This document shows, piece by piece, positions 8,731 through 19,097 of a DNA stretch of 56,159 nucleotides. Source of the stretch: Candidatus Velthaea sp. Lineage in GTDB: Bacteria; Vulcanimicrobiota; Vulcanimicrobiia; Vulcanimicrobiales; Vulcanimicrobiaceae. The notes below the pieces were generated by a model. It was not told the DNA's origin. It saw nothing but the letters and a program-made list of their open reading frames with translations, and did no database searches. The stretch spans positions 1 to 56,159 of the forward strand of contig JBEKHC010000021.1 in the NCBI GenBank assembly GCA_050012475.1, in the 5' to 3' direction. The position numbers and the translations under genes are program-made. Within the stretch, counting starts at the first letter, position 1. Every line of letters begins with the position of its first letter.

Positions 8731-10242
8731 GTGAGCGATATCGTGCTCTTGCTTTCGAGCCGCGAAAGCCGGACGCAAATCGCCCAATGCCTCATTCCGC
8801 AGCACGAAGTTCGTTTCTCTTTGCCTAGCCCGCACACCGCGGCGAACGACCCCGACGGCGACACGGATCTCATCATCGCCGACGGCGCCGGACTCGCGAG
8901 CGTCGCCGCGCAGATCGCGCGTGAGCGCCGGCGTTGCGAGCCGGTGCTGCTGCCGGTGCTGCTGTTGAGCGATCGATGCAGCGTCGCCGCAATGGACGCA
9001 GCGCTGTGGGATATCGTCGATGACCTCGCGTTGCGCTCGCTCGACCGGGGCGAATTGCAAGCGCGCGTCCAGAGCTTGCTGCGCAGCCGCGAATGCTCGA
9101 AGACCGTGACGACCGTGGCGCCGGCTGCGGGCCACGAGCGCAAGGTTACGCAACGCTTTCAGCAAGCCGCGCTGCCGCGGCGGCTGCCGCGGGTTCCCGG
9201 GCTGACCTTCGGTGCGTTCTATCGCCCCGGGATGGACGAGGCGCAAGTCGGCGGCGATTGGTACGACGCGATGCAGCTCGCCGACGGGCGGGTCGTTCTT
9301 TCGATCGGCGACGTTTGCGGTTCGGGACTCGACGCCGCGGTCGCGATGGCGACGGTGCGCCATACGTTTCGCGGTGCCGCGCAAATCAATCCGGATCCGG
9401 CGGTCATGCTCGACGCCGCGCATCGCACCCTGCGCACGGAGAGTCAAGACAGCATCGTCACCGCGTTCGTCGCCGTTTTCGATCCGATCACGGCGTTGAT
9501 TTCGTATGCGTCGGCCGGACATCCGCCGCCGTTGCTCCGCAGCCCCGACGGCACGATCGTCGAACTCGCCGCCTCGGGCGCGCCGCTGGGTTTGCCCTTT
9601 CACGTCGAACGAACCGTGAATCTCATCAGTATGCCGCTAGGCTCGCTGCTGGTGCTGTACACCGACGGTCTGACCGAGGCGACGCGCGATCCGATCGCAG
9701 GCGAAGCCGGCGTGCGGCGGGCGATGAACAGCGACGCCGTTCGCGCGTCCAGCAACGTCGCCTTGGCCATTCACGATGCGGTGATCGACGGCGCATCGCC
9801 CGACGACATCGCGATTCTCAGCGTCGCGCACGTCGAGCGGGATCTCGCCCGCGAGCGGCTCTCGCACTGGTCGTTCGACGCGCGCGACGCGGTCGCCGCG
9901 CGCGACGTGCGGGCCGAGTTGGTCAGCGAACTGCAGCGCGTTCCGCTTACCGATGCGGGCGTCGCGAACGCGGAACTGGTGTTTGCCGAGCTGCTCGGCA
10001 ACGTCGTGCGCTACGCCGCGAAATGGGTCGACGTCACGCTCGATGCCAGCGGTGCGCTGCCGGTCCTGCATATCCTCGACGGCGGGCCGGGCTTTCGCTA
10101 TTCACCGCGTTTGCCGCTCGACGTGCTGAGCGAACGCGGCCGCGGTCTGTTCATCGTCGCCCAATTGACCGAAGAATTCCATGTGACGAAGCGTCCGCAC
10201 GGCGGCAGTCATGCGCGCGCGGTGCTCTCGCGCAGCTGTTGA
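8731..10242 (+). CDS. REC-like + SpoIIE/PP2C phosphatase + RsbW-like HATPase fusion
   Basis: VGGDWYD, IGDVCGSG, SAGHPPP, LYTDGLTE, DDIAIL (PP2C); ELLGNVVRYA, DGGPG, ERGRGLFIV (HATPase_c). Confidence 0.9.
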   Translation: MSDIVLLLSSRESRTQIAQCLIPQHEVRFSLPSPHTAANDPDGDTDLIIADGAGLASVAAQIARERRRCEPVLLPVLLLSDRCSVAAMDAALWDIVDDLALRSLDRGELQARVQSLLRSRECSKTVTTVAPAAGHERKVTQRFQQAALPRRLPRVPGLTFGAFYRPGMDEAQVGGDWYDAMQLADGRVVLSIGDVCGSGLDAAVAMATVRHTFRGAAQINPDPAVMLDAAHRTLRTESQDSIVTAFVAVFDPITALISYASAGHPPPLLRSPDGTIVELAASGAPLGLPFHVERTVNLISMPLGSLLVLYTDGLTEATRDPIAGEAGVRRAMNSDAVRASSNVALAIHDAVIDGASPDDIAILSVAHVERDLARERLSHWSFDARDAVAARDVRAELVSELQRVPLTDAGVANAELVFAELLGNVVRYAAKWVDVTLDASGALPVLHILDGGPGFRYSPRLPLDVLSERGRGLFIVAQLTEEFHVTKRPHGGSHARAVLSRSC

Positions 10243-10281
10243 CCGCGGGGGACGACGGTTCGCATGCGGAACGGTTGCCGC

Positions 10282-10590
10282 ATGATTCATCTCATTGCTC
10301 TGATAACCGCTAAACCCGGACAGCGCGCCGCAGTGCTCGCGGCGTTCAAGGCGAACGTACCCAACGTCCATGCCGAACCGGGCTGCCTCGAATACACGGC
10401 GACCGTCGACGTCGACGGCTTCGCGGACGTGCAGGCAGCGCTCGGTCCCGACACGTTCGCGGTGGTGGAAAAATGGGCTGGACCCGAAGCGCTGCGCTCG
10501 CACATGACGTCCGCGCACATGACGGCTTATGGTCAGCAGACCAACGATCTCATCGCACATCGCTTGCTCCACATCCTCACGCCGGTTTGA
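10282..10590 (+). CDS. Antibiotic biosynthesis monooxygenase / putative quinol monooxygenase (YgiN-like)
   Basis: AEPGCLEY, VVEKW, H...HM motifs of the ABM family. Confidence 0.85.
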   Translation: MIHLIALITAKPGQRAAVLAAFKANVPNVHAEPGCLEYTATVDVDGFADVQAALGPDTFAVVEKWAGPEALRSHMTSAHMTAYGQQTNDLIAHRLLHILTPV

Positions 10591-10611
10591 TCCGCGACCG
10601 CGGGCGTTCGT

Positions 10612-12123
10612 TCAGCGATAGAATTGGACGAGATCGGCTTTGAGCGCCGCATGCGCGACGGGGTTGAGGTAGATCATGTGGCCCGCCGGATAGTAGCCGA
10701 ACGTGATATGTCCTTGCAGTTCCGGAGCCAGGCCCAGGTGGGCCAGCGAATATTCGGTCGCGAAAAACGGCGTGGCGAGATCGTAGATGCCGTTGGCTGA
10801 GAAAACGCGCAGATACGGGTTCGCCGTCAGCACATTGCGTAACTCGCCCAAGACGTTGACGCCGGCGATGCTGCCGTTGTCGCCGCGATGCCACTGCCAC
10901 TGCCGGAAGACGTCGGAGCTGAGGAATTCGTAGCGCGCGTCGGTCTGATAGTGAAGTTCGTTGCGGACGTACGCATTGAAGGCCGCGGTGAACGCGCCAA
11001 AAACGGCATCGGCGCTGGGATCGGTTTCGGCGCGGTCGGCGACCGGATCGACATCGAAGCCGCGAAATCGCGCGTCGAATCGGCCGATCGTTTCGTCCGT
11101 TGCGTTCAAGAGCTGCTTCTCGAAGCGGTCCGGGTCGACGCGCAAGCGTGAACGCAGCACGTAGTCGAGCGGCAACCCGGTGTCGGCATGCAATTGTTGT
11201 GCGACTGCGTCGCGTTCGGCCGGTGCAAGGTTCGCGCCTTTGGCTAAGGCGCCCAGGTACGGGCCTTCGGCAAACGCGCGGACCGTTTGCAGCAACGCCG
11301 GCAGATCGGCGGGCGGCCGCGCAAGTTTGTGATGATACGCGGCAATTGCGGTTTCGCTGGGCAGAAACAGCCAATAGGGCAAATCGTTGCCGGGCTGCGT
11401 CGCGATCGTGTCGTAGTCGAGCACCGTCGACATCAACACCACGCCGGAGAGACTGATGCCCTCGTTCTGCAGCATGTTCGCCAAGACTGCCGAACGTGCG
11501 GTGCCGTAACTTTCGCCGGCCAGGAACTTGGGTGAATTCCAACGGTCGCTGGCGGTGATGTAACGGCGGATGAATTGCGCGAACGCCCGGCCGTCTTGTT
11601 CGACGCCGTAGAAGTCCTTCGCGCTGCCGCGGCCGGTGACGCGACTGAACCCGGTGCCGACTGGGTCGATAAACACCAGATCGCTCGTGTCGAGCAGGCT
11701 GTTGGGGTTGTCGACGACGTCGTAGGGCGGGGGCGGCGTCACGGCGCCGTTCGCGGTCACGACCATACGCGGACCGAAGGCACCCATATGGATGAGCGCG
11801 GACGCTGCGCCGGGGCCGCCGTTGTAGGCAAACGTGATCGGGCGAAGTGCGCTAGGCCCCATGCCGTTCGCGGTATAGGCGACGTAGAAGACGCTGGCCG
11901 CCGGCTCGTCCTTGGCGTCGGTGAGGATGATGGTTCCGGCGGTCGCGGTGTACGCGATCGTGCGCCTTCCGATGCGCGCCGTGTGATGCGTTGCGACCGT
12001 TTGCGCTTTGGGCAGGGGCGATGCCGGGCCGCCCGCGCCGGCGTCGGGCGCGGCACCGGCGACTCCGGCCGCCGCTACGACCAGCGCGCAGACGCATGCG
12101 AGAGCAGCGACGATCCGGCGCAA
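10612..12123 (-). CDS. Serine carboxypeptidase, peptidase S10 family
   Basis: Signal peptide, NGGPG, DPVGTGFS, GESYG, YDLATP, GHMIY. Confidence 0.93.
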   Translation of the reverse strand: MRRIVAALACVCALVVAAAGVAGAAPDAGAGGPASPLPKAQTVATHHTARIGRRTIAYTATAGTIILTDAKDEPAASVFYVAYTANGMGPSALRPITFAYNGGPGAASALIHMGAFGPRMVVTANGAVTPPPPYDVVDNPNSLLDTSDLVFIDPVGTGFSRVTGRGSAKDFYGVEQDGRAFAQFIRRYITASDRWNSPKFLAGESYGTARSAVLANMLQNEGISLSGVVLMSTVLDYDTIATQPGNDLPYWLFLPSETAIAAYHHKLARPPADLPALLQTVRAFAEGPYLGALAKGANLAPAERDAVAQQLHADTGLPLDYVLRSRLRVDPDRFEKQLLNATDETIGRFDARFRGFDVDPVADRAETDPSADAVFGAFTAAFNAYVRNELHYQTDARYEFLSSDVFRQWQWHRGDNGSIAGVNVLGELRNVLTANPYLRVFSANGIYDLATPFFATEYSLAHLGLAPELQGHITFGYYPAGHMIYLNPVAHAALKADLVQFYR

Positions 12124-12126
12124 GCC

Positions 12127-12894
12127 TTATCCGACCCGCACCGAGAGCATCGATAGTGCGCCCGCGATGATGCCGGCAGTCGGAAAGGTGATCGCATCAT
12201 CGGCTTGGCGTGCGCCCAAGATGTAGAGCAGCGGCAAGAAATGTTCGGGGGTCGGAATCGAGCGCGCAGCGTCGGGACCTAGTTCGTCAAAATCGATGAG
12301 CGGCTGGACGTCAAAGTCGCGCGCAAGCGCGCGAACGCGTTGTTCGAACCGCCCGGCCCAATCGTCGGCGGGCGGCCGCCCGAACATGACGGGCAGATTG
12401 TGCACGACGTTTCCGCTCGCGACCAGCAACACGTCGTCGTCGCGCCAGCGCGCCAATCGCCGTCCGAGTTCGTAGTGAAAGGCCGCCGGTTCATTCGCAT
12501 TCATGCTCAGCTGGACGACGGGAACGTCGGCGTGCGGGTAAACGTGGGTGAGAACCGACCACGTGCCGTGGTCCAGTCCCCAGCGCTCGTCGGCGCTCAC
12601 GGCCATCGGGGCCAGCGATTGCACGAGTTCCGCCGCGAACGCCGGATCGCCGGGCGCCGGATAGAGAAACTCCTGGAGCGGCCGCGGAAAGCCGCCGAAA
12701 TCGTGGATCGTCGGCGGCCGGTCCATCGCGGTAACGCGGGTGCCGTCGACATACCAGTGCGCTGAGATCGCGAGAATCGCGCGCGGCCGCGGGATGTGCG
12801 CACCCAGTGCCGCCCAGGCTTGGGTATACACGTTGTCCTCGAGCGCGTTCATGGGGCTACCGTGACCGAAAAAGACTGCCGGGAAACGGGCCAT
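12127..12894 (-). CDS. ygiD: 4,5-DOPA extradiol dioxygenase (LigB family)
   Basis: FFGHGSPMN, ISAHW, TIHDFGGFP, LDHGTW, SGNVVHNL, PTPEHFLPL. Confidence 0.92.
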   Translation of the reverse strand: MARFPAVFFGHGSPMNALEDNVYTQAWAALGAHIPRPRAILAISAHWYVDGTRVTAMDRPPTIHDFGGFPRPLQEFLYPAPGDPAFAAELVQSLAPMAVSADERWGLDHGTWSVLTHVYPHADVPVVQLSMNANEPAAFHYELGRRLARWRDDDVLLVASGNVVHNLPVMFGRPPADDWAGRFEQRVRALARDFDVQPLIDFDELGPDAARSIPTPEHFLPLLYILGARQADDAITFPTAGIIAGALSMLSVRVG

Positions 12895-12896
12895 TC

Positions 12897-13358
12897 CTAT
12901 CGGGCCTCCCGCTGCGCGATCGCTGCGTCGACGGAGTACGATCCGGCGCCGACAATCGCGACGGCGACGGCCACGACGACGGCATAAATGAAGTACTCGA
13001 TTCCTTCGCCCCGTTGCTGGCCGCTCCAGTTCGCAAAGAACCCGTTTGCCAGATGAACTTTGAGCATTGCGACGAGCATGTCGATCGCGATCCCAAGCGC
13101 GGCGACCCGCGTCAGCAATCCGACGACTAGCAGCAGCGGTCCAAAGAACTCGACCAAAATTACCAGCACGGCGAGCGGTGCCGGCACGTGCAGCATGCCG
13201 GTGAGTCCGTGCAGCGTACCGCCGAACCCCTGGCCGCCGAACCAACCCAACATTTTTTGTGCGCCGTGCGGAAACATCACGACGGCGAGCCCCACCCGCA
13301 GGATCAGCATCGCCGTGTCGAGCGCTGCGCGGTTGGTGGAAAACAAGGCATCGAGCAT
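12897..13358 (-). CDS. DoxX family membrane protein
   Basis: LRVGLAVVMFPHGAQK, VEFFG..LLVVGLLTR, GIEY. Confidence 0.9.
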   Translation of the reverse strand: MLDALFSTNRAALDTAMLILRVGLAVVMFPHGAQKMLGWFGGQGFGGTLHGLTGMLHVPAPLAVLVILVEFFGPLLLVVGLLTRVAALGIAIDMLVAMLKVHLANGFFANWSGQQRGEGIEYFIYAVVVAVAVAIVGAGSYSVDAAIAQREAR

Positions 13359-13488
13359 CGCTGCTACTCTACGCCGTTCGAGCGGTGCAGACAAGCACGA
13401 GAGGAACGGACTCGAGCCGCCCGTCGCCGGGATGGGCGCCCGCGGCTTCGCTCGCCCGCCGGCCCGCGGATTGGGCGAAGCCCTCGTG

Positions 13489-14904
13489 CTAGAGCTGCGG
13501 GCTCGATGCTGACGAACTCGGCCCGCTCGACGTTGGCGCTCCGGGACTTGGATCGGTCAAACTCGGCGTGGGCGACGGCGACGCCTCCGGTGTGGGCGAC
13601 GGCGGCCGCTTCCACACCGGCACCGAAGACAGCGCCGGGTCTTGACCGTCGAACGAGAACGTCGCGATGTACTTTGCGGCGACGGCACGGCCGTTTTGTG
13701 TCGCGGGGACATACGTTGAGGAAACCGCGGTTTCGATCGCTGCAGCGGTGAGCGCCTTGTTGGTGATCGAAACGATCGAGACTTCCTGCGGGGTGCCGTC
13801 GTCGGCGATCGTCACTCGCACCACGGCGGTCCCGGTCTCCCCAATCGCCAATCGCGACGAGCCGCGCTTGATCAGCCGGGCCGGAAGGATCGGTGCGGGG
13901 GTGTCACGCGGCGACCGCAGTTGCGAGAGCGCGAGTTCCTGCGCCGAGCGCAGATCTTTGGCCGTCATCCGTACGCTTTGGCGCGGCGGCAGCTTGGTGG
14001 ACGCGCCGGAGCCGGCGATGTCCAGACCGCCGTCGCTTATCGTATAGCGGTATTCGAATGCCGGCGCTTCCGAGCGAGTCGCTGCGGCGATCACCGCGAC
14101 CGTGGCCGTGCCGCCCGGTTCGAGCTCGGTGTGCATGAAGGGTCCGCAGCCGGTCTCGACGTTCCGGCAATCGAACACCTCGCCCGCCGGCCGCAGCGGT
14201 CCGCGACTGAGGTTCCGGATCCGGATGAACCAGAACAGGCCGTCGTTTTCGACCCAATCCTGCACCGCCGCGCGCGCCGGCGAGGGTGATGGCGAGGGCG
14301 TGAGGGTCGGCTCGGCGGTTGGTTTGACCGTGGCCGGGGCCGTCTCCGTGGGTTCGGGCGTGGGTTTGGCCGTCGGGGCCAGGTTGGGCTTGGCGGTGGC
14401 GGCCGGCGTAGGTTTGGCCGTCGGAGCTGCGGTGGCTGCCCGCGCGACCACATCGGCGGACGGCTGGGGTTTGGCTCCGGCGGTGTGCAGCTGGCGTCCT
14501 ACCTCGGTTGCGACGTTGCGGACGTAGTTGTCGTCATCGGCGGGCAGGGCGACCGCGGGACGGCGGCCCGAACCGCAAGCCGCACCGTGAGAAGGTTTGA
14601 AACGAATCAAAAAATAGGTCGTGCCGGCATTGCGCACCGTCGTTGCATCGATGACGTCCTGCAGGGCGGCAACGCACGACTCGATGACCACCTGACGCTT
14701 TTGCAACGGGATGCTATAGGTCATGTGCACGCTTTGGGCATCGATCGCAACCGTCGATTGCGCGACGAACGGCGGCCCGTTCGCGTTTTGGGTCACATAT
14801 GTCCAGCGCCATGTTTGAGCATCGCTTGCGCGCGGGGTTAGGAGCGCCACCGCCGAGAGGAACGCGCACGCCGCTGCCGTTTTCCACAGCCGGAGTCGTT
14901 TCAT
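13489..14904 (-). CDS. Secreted protein with Pro-rich linkers and a C-terminal TonB domain
   Basis: Signal peptide, PTAKPT-type repeats, GTAVVRVTIADDG...YVPATQNGRAV (TonB_C). Confidence 0.75.
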   Translation of the reverse strand: MKRLRLWKTAAACAFLSAVALLTPRASDAQTWRWTYVTQNANGPPFVAQSTVAIDAQSVHMTYSIPLQKRQVVIESCVAALQDVIDATTVRNAGTTYFLIRFKPSHGAACGSGRRPAVALPADDDNYVRNVATEVGRQLHTAGAKPQPSADVVARAATAAPTAKPTPAATAKPNLAPTAKPTPEPTETAPATVKPTAEPTLTPSPSPSPARAAVQDWVENDGLFWFIRIRNLSRGPLRPAGEVFDCRNVETGCGPFMHTELEPGGTATVAVIAAATRSEAPAFEYRYTISDGGLDIAGSGASTKLPPRQSVRMTAKDLRSAQELALSQLRSPRDTPAPILPARLIKRGSSRLAIGETGTAVVRVTIADDGTPQEVSIVSITNKALTAAAIETAVSSTYVPATQNGRAVAAKYIATFSFDGQDPALSSVPVWKRPPSPTPEASPSPTPSLTDPSPGAPTSSGPSSSASSPQL

Positions 14905-14947
14905 GGCGTCCCCCTTCCATTTATTGCCGCCGTTCGCATCCCGAGCG

Positions 14948-15580
14948 ATGCCGAACGTGATTGCGGTATGGCGGCGTCCGTCAAAAGATGGTCCACACGT
15001 CCCACTCGTCGTGGTCTTGCACGGGCGCGGCGCCGACGAGCACGATTTGCTGCCGGTCATCGAACGGCTGCCGCCTCGTTTTGCCTACGTCAGCCTCCGG
15101 GCACTCGTCGACGTCGACGGCGGCGGCTTCACCTGGTTCGAGAACCGCGGCATCGCGCGGCCGATCGGCAAAAGCCTGCGCGCGTCGGTGACGACGCTGC
15201 GGGCCTGGCTCGACGCCAGCGCTCCTCCGGCGGCGCGCCGGCCATGTTACCTCGTGGGCTTCAGCGCCGGAATGATGATGGCCGGCGCGTTGCTGTTGTC
15301 CGATCCCGCGCGCTTCGCGGGCGCCGTGCTGCTCAGCGGCGCGCTTCCGTTGGAGAGCGGGATCGCCGCCGAGCCGGGCCGGTTCCAGGGGCGGCCGATT
15401 TTTTATGCGCGTGGTTCGCTCGATGATGTCATTCCACCCGACCTGGTGCAGCGAAGCGAGGCCTACCTGCGCGACCGCAGCGGCGCCGAACTCACCGTGC
15501 GTCAGTATGCGCACGGGCATGCGATCACGTTGCCCGAGATCCGCGATATCGCCGCCTGGCTCGACGAACGCGGCTCCTGA
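14948..15580 (+). CDS. Phospholipase/carboxylesterase (alpha/beta hydrolase)
   Basis: LHGRG, GFSAG nucleophile elbow, DDVIP, GHAI triad residues. Confidence 0.9.
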   Translation: MPNVIAVWRRPSKDGPHVPLVVVLHGRGADEHDLLPVIERLPPRFAYVSLRALVDVDGGGFTWFENRGIARPIGKSLRASVTTLRAWLDASAPPAARRPCYLVGFSAGMMMAGALLLSDPARFAGAVLLSGALPLESGIAAEPGRFQGRPIFYARGSLDDVIPPDLVQRSEAYLRDRSGAELTVRQYAHGHAITLPEIRDIAAWLDERGS

Positions 15581-15664
15581 TCCGCATCCTCATCCGGTTC
15601 TCATGCGGTTCAAAGCAAATCCGCAGCCCCCGGCGCGAGGATACGCGTGGGAGGACAAACGTCC

Positions 15665-16111
15665 ATGAACAAATTGCAACTGACCCTCGCCACCCTCGCG
15701 GCTGCCGGAACGCTCAGCCTTTCCACCATCGCGCCGGCGTCGGCCGACAGCGCCGCCTCGACGCGCAACATCATCCTCGGCGCGGCGGCCATCGCCGGCC
15801 TCGCGATCGAAGCAAACGTCGCGCACAAGAACGCGCAAGCCGACACGATCTCGGGATATTTGCCCGACGGCTCGGCCGTGTACGGCGACGGCCACGTCGT
15901 CGCGCAAAACGGCTACTCGTACTATCCGGGCAACAACGGTCAAACGGTTTCGTGCAGCGGCGGCCAGTGCAGCTTGGCGTACGCCAACAACGGCAACGGC
16001 AGCGATAACGGCAACATCGCATTTGGCCGCAACGGCTATAACGCCAATCTCTTCAACGGCAGTGCCGCGAATTACGGCAATCCGTACAACCAAAACCGCG
16101 ACGGCCGCTGA
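15665..16111 (+). CDS. Secreted hypothetical protein with an Asn/Gly/Tyr-rich tail
   Basis: GGAGG RBS, signal peptide, low-complexity C-terminus. Confidence 0.75.
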   Translation: MNKLQLTLATLAAAGTLSLSTIAPASADSAASTRNIILGAAAIAGLAIEANVAHKNAQADTISGYLPDGSAVYGDGHVVAQNGYSYYPGNNGQTVSCSGGQCSLAYANNGNGSDNGNIAFGRNGYNANLFNGSAANYGNPYNQNRDGR

Positions 16112-16213
16112 TGCGAAGAGCCTGAGGCGCCGCATCGACCTCGAAGCTCCGTTGCCGGTAGCGAAGCCTCACCGTCCTCGCGCGGACCAAGGTGGGCCGC
16201 AGGTTGCGCCGGT

Positions 16214-18919
16214 ATGATCGTTCCTATCATGCCCACCTCTCCGCTATGCCGCGCGCTGCGCATCTCGTTTCTGTGCTTGCTCGGCGCGCTGATACTTGCC
16301 GCCGCGCCCGTCGAACCGACGGCCGGCGCAAGCGGCGTGCTCAAGGCGACGCTGGCGAACGGGCTGCGCGTCGTCATCGTGCGCAACGCGATCGGACCGG
16401 TGGTTTCGACCGATCTCACCTATTTGGTGGGTTCGCGCGACGATCCGCCGGACGTTCCGGGCATGGCGCACGCGCAAGAACACATGATGTTCCGCGGCAC
16501 GCCGAATCTCTCGACGAGCGAATTGGGCACGGTGGCGACCGCGCTGGGCGGTGAATTCAACGCCGCGACCACCGACTCGACCACGCACTATCAATTCACG
16601 GTTCCGGCCGCGGATCTCGACGCCGTGCTGCGGATCGAATCCGACCGGATGCGCGACGTCCTCGATGCGCAGGCGCAATGGGAAAACGAGCGCGGGGCGA
16701 TCGAGCAGGAAGTGCTGCGCGACCAATCCGAACCGGGCAACGATTTCTTTCGCGACGTGCAACTGATCGCGTACGCGCACACGCCGTATGGCCACGAAGG
16801 CGTCGGCACGCGCGCCGCGTTCGACCGCCTCACCGGACCGCGCATCAAGGAATTTTACAACCGCTGGTACGCGCCGAACAATGCGGTGCTCGTCGTCGCG
16901 GGCGACGTCGATCCGGCTCAGACGCTCGAGGGGATTCGAGCGCGTTTCGAATCGATACCGCGGCGCGCGGTTCCGGCCCACGCGGTGGCGCATTTCGAGC
17001 CGCTGCGGCGCACGGTTTTGGCGCGCCCGACGACCCTGGTGTATCCGCTTGCGGCGGTCGGCTTTCGCCTGCCCGGCGTCGACAGCGATGACTTTTTGCC
17101 GTCGTTCGTTCTGCAGGGAATTTTGGACTCCCAACGCAGTCCGCTGCGTTCGCTCGTCGACACCGGCGCGGCACTCGATGCCGATTGGGTTTCTTTGCCC
17201 TACGTCGATGAAGCGCAGCTGGGCTTTGCCACTGCCGCCTTGCGTCCCGGTGCAGATCCGCTGCGCGCGTCGCAACAGCTCGAGGAGATTCTCGCCGGCT
17301 ACGCGCGAGGCGGTATTCCCAGCGAACTCTTCGAGACGACCAAACGTCTGTTGATCGCCGGCCAGGAGGAAAGCCGCAACTCGATCGCGTCGCTGGCATC
17401 GGACTGGGCGACGACGATCGCCGTCGATCGCGAGCCGTCGATCGTCCGCGAGCAGGAGCTTATCGCGAACGTGACGCTAGCCGACGTCAACCGCGTTGCC
17501 AAGAAGTATCTGCGGCCGGATCAAGCGATCGTCGGCGCACTCACGCCGTCGGCCGACGCGTCGCAGAACGCGCAGGCGGCGCCGCCGCAGACCGGGCCGG
17601 AGAAGCCGCTTGCCGCGCAGCCGCCCGTCACCCACTTGCCGGAGTGGGCCAACCGGCTCGTCGAGCACATCACCGTTCCGGCCGCCACCCGCCGCCCGGC
17701 GCAGATGAAGCTATCGAACGGGATCACGCTCGTCGTTCAGCCGGAAACCATTTCGGACTCGGTGTTTTTGTACGGCAGCGTCAAAACGAACCCCGTGCTG
17801 CAGGAAAGCGTGAGCAAAGCCGGCGTGTCGTCGGTGCTCGCGGCGATCTACGACTACGGGACGCTCGACGCGGATCGGCGCACGTTTCAACGCGCGCAGG
17901 ATGACGCCGATTCGGACGTGTCCGGCGGAACGAGTTTCGGCTTGCAGTCGACGTCGCGCTCGTTCGATCGCGCCGTCGCACTGTTGGCCCAAGCCGAGCT
18001 TCGGCCGCGTTTCGATCAGGCCACCTTTACCCTGGCGCGGCAACACGCGACCGAAGAGCTGCAAACCGCGCTCAATGGCTCCAGTTCCCTCGCCAACCGG
18101 CGCTCGGCGCGGCTGTTGCTCCCGGCCGGCGATCCCGAACTGCGGGAACCGACGGTCGACTCGCTGGCGGCGCTCAGCCTCGACGACGTCAAGGCGTACT
18201 ACGCGAAAACCATGCGGCCCGATCTGACCACGATCGTCGTCGTCGGCAACGTCACCCCCGACGTCGCGCGCGCCGCGATCGAACGCGAATTCGGTTCGTG
18301 GCATGCGACGGGCAGCGCGCCCGACGTGCGGCTCGCGCCGGTGCCGCTCAATCCGCCGGGCGAGGTCCGGCTTTCGTTACCGATCGCCCAGGACTCGGTG
18401 ATCTTCCAGCAGATCGTGGACATCACGCGCACGTCGCCCGACGTCAGCGCCTTGCTGTTGGGCAATGCGATTCTGGGCGGCGGATCGCTGGGGCCCGAAC
18501 AGAGCCGGCTCTTTCGCGACCTGCGCCAAAACGCGGGGTTGGTGTATTCGATTTCCTCTCAGCTCGAGCCGCGCCGGGAGCGCTACGAGCTTTCGATCGA
18601 GTACGCGTGCTTGCCGGCGAACCAGGCGCGCATCGGCGCGCTCATCGACGCCGAGATCAGACGAATGCAAACCGAACCGGCCGGCAGCTTCGAGCTGTCC
18701 TTGGCCAAAGCATCGACGGTCCGGCAAACGGTGATTGCAGATTCGTCGATCAACTCGATTGGTGCAGCTTTGCTCGATGATGCGGAAAACGGCTTCCCGT
18801 TCGATCAGCGCCAAATCGACGCGCGCAACTTTTTGCGCGTCGACGCGCGCGCCGTCGTGTCCGCGATGGCCGGCTATGTTCATCCCGATCATTTCGTGCG
18901 CGTGATCGAAGGGCCATAA
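16214..18919 (+). CDS. M16 family zinc protease (pitrilysin-like, two-module)
   Basis: HxxEH (HAQEH), NAAT, FYNRWYAPNN, SRLFRDLRQNAGLVY. Confidence 0.93.
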   Translation: MIVPIMPTSPLCRALRISFLCLLGALILAAAPVEPTAGASGVLKATLANGLRVVIVRNAIGPVVSTDLTYLVGSRDDPPDVPGMAHAQEHMMFRGTPNLSTSELGTVATALGGEFNAATTDSTTHYQFTVPAADLDAVLRIESDRMRDVLDAQAQWENERGAIEQEVLRDQSEPGNDFFRDVQLIAYAHTPYGHEGVGTRAAFDRLTGPRIKEFYNRWYAPNNAVLVVAGDVDPAQTLEGIRARFESIPRRAVPAHAVAHFEPLRRTVLARPTTLVYPLAAVGFRLPGVDSDDFLPSFVLQGILDSQRSPLRSLVDTGAALDADWVSLPYVDEAQLGFATAALRPGADPLRASQQLEEILAGYARGGIPSELFETTKRLLIAGQEESRNSIASLASDWATTIAVDREPSIVREQELIANVTLADVNRVAKKYLRPDQAIVGALTPSADASQNAQAAPPQTGPEKPLAAQPPVTHLPEWANRLVEHITVPAATRRPAQMKLSNGITLVVQPETISDSVFLYGSVKTNPVLQESVSKAGVSSVLAAIYDYGTLDADRRTFQRAQDDADSDVSGGTSFGLQSTSRSFDRAVALLAQAELRPRFDQATFTLARQHATEELQTALNGSSSLANRRSARLLLPAGDPELREPTVDSLAALSLDDVKAYYAKTMRPDLTTIVVVGNVTPDVARAAIEREFGSWHATGSAPDVRLAPVPLNPPGEVRLSLPIAQDSVIFQQIVDITRTSPDVSALLLGNAILGGGSLGPEQSRLFRDLRQNAGLVYSISSQLEPRRERYELSIEYACLPANQARIGALIDAEIRRMQTEPAGSFELSLAKASTVRQTVIADSSINSIGAALLDDAENGFPFDQRQIDARNFLRVDARAVVSAMAGYVHPDHFVRVIEGP

Positions 18920-19097
18920 CCTGTCGTGGTCGCGGGGAGTTTGGGCGCGAGCGAGCGGTCGCATTGCGTTCAACCTTCGCCGTCCGCGCGGCGCGCAGCG
19001 CTATCCACCTGGCCCAAAGACGTTCGGTCCGCGCATCTGAACACATCGGACTTGCCGCGGCCGCGCCGCGCACCGCCCTCGCTTTTCGGGAGGAAGC

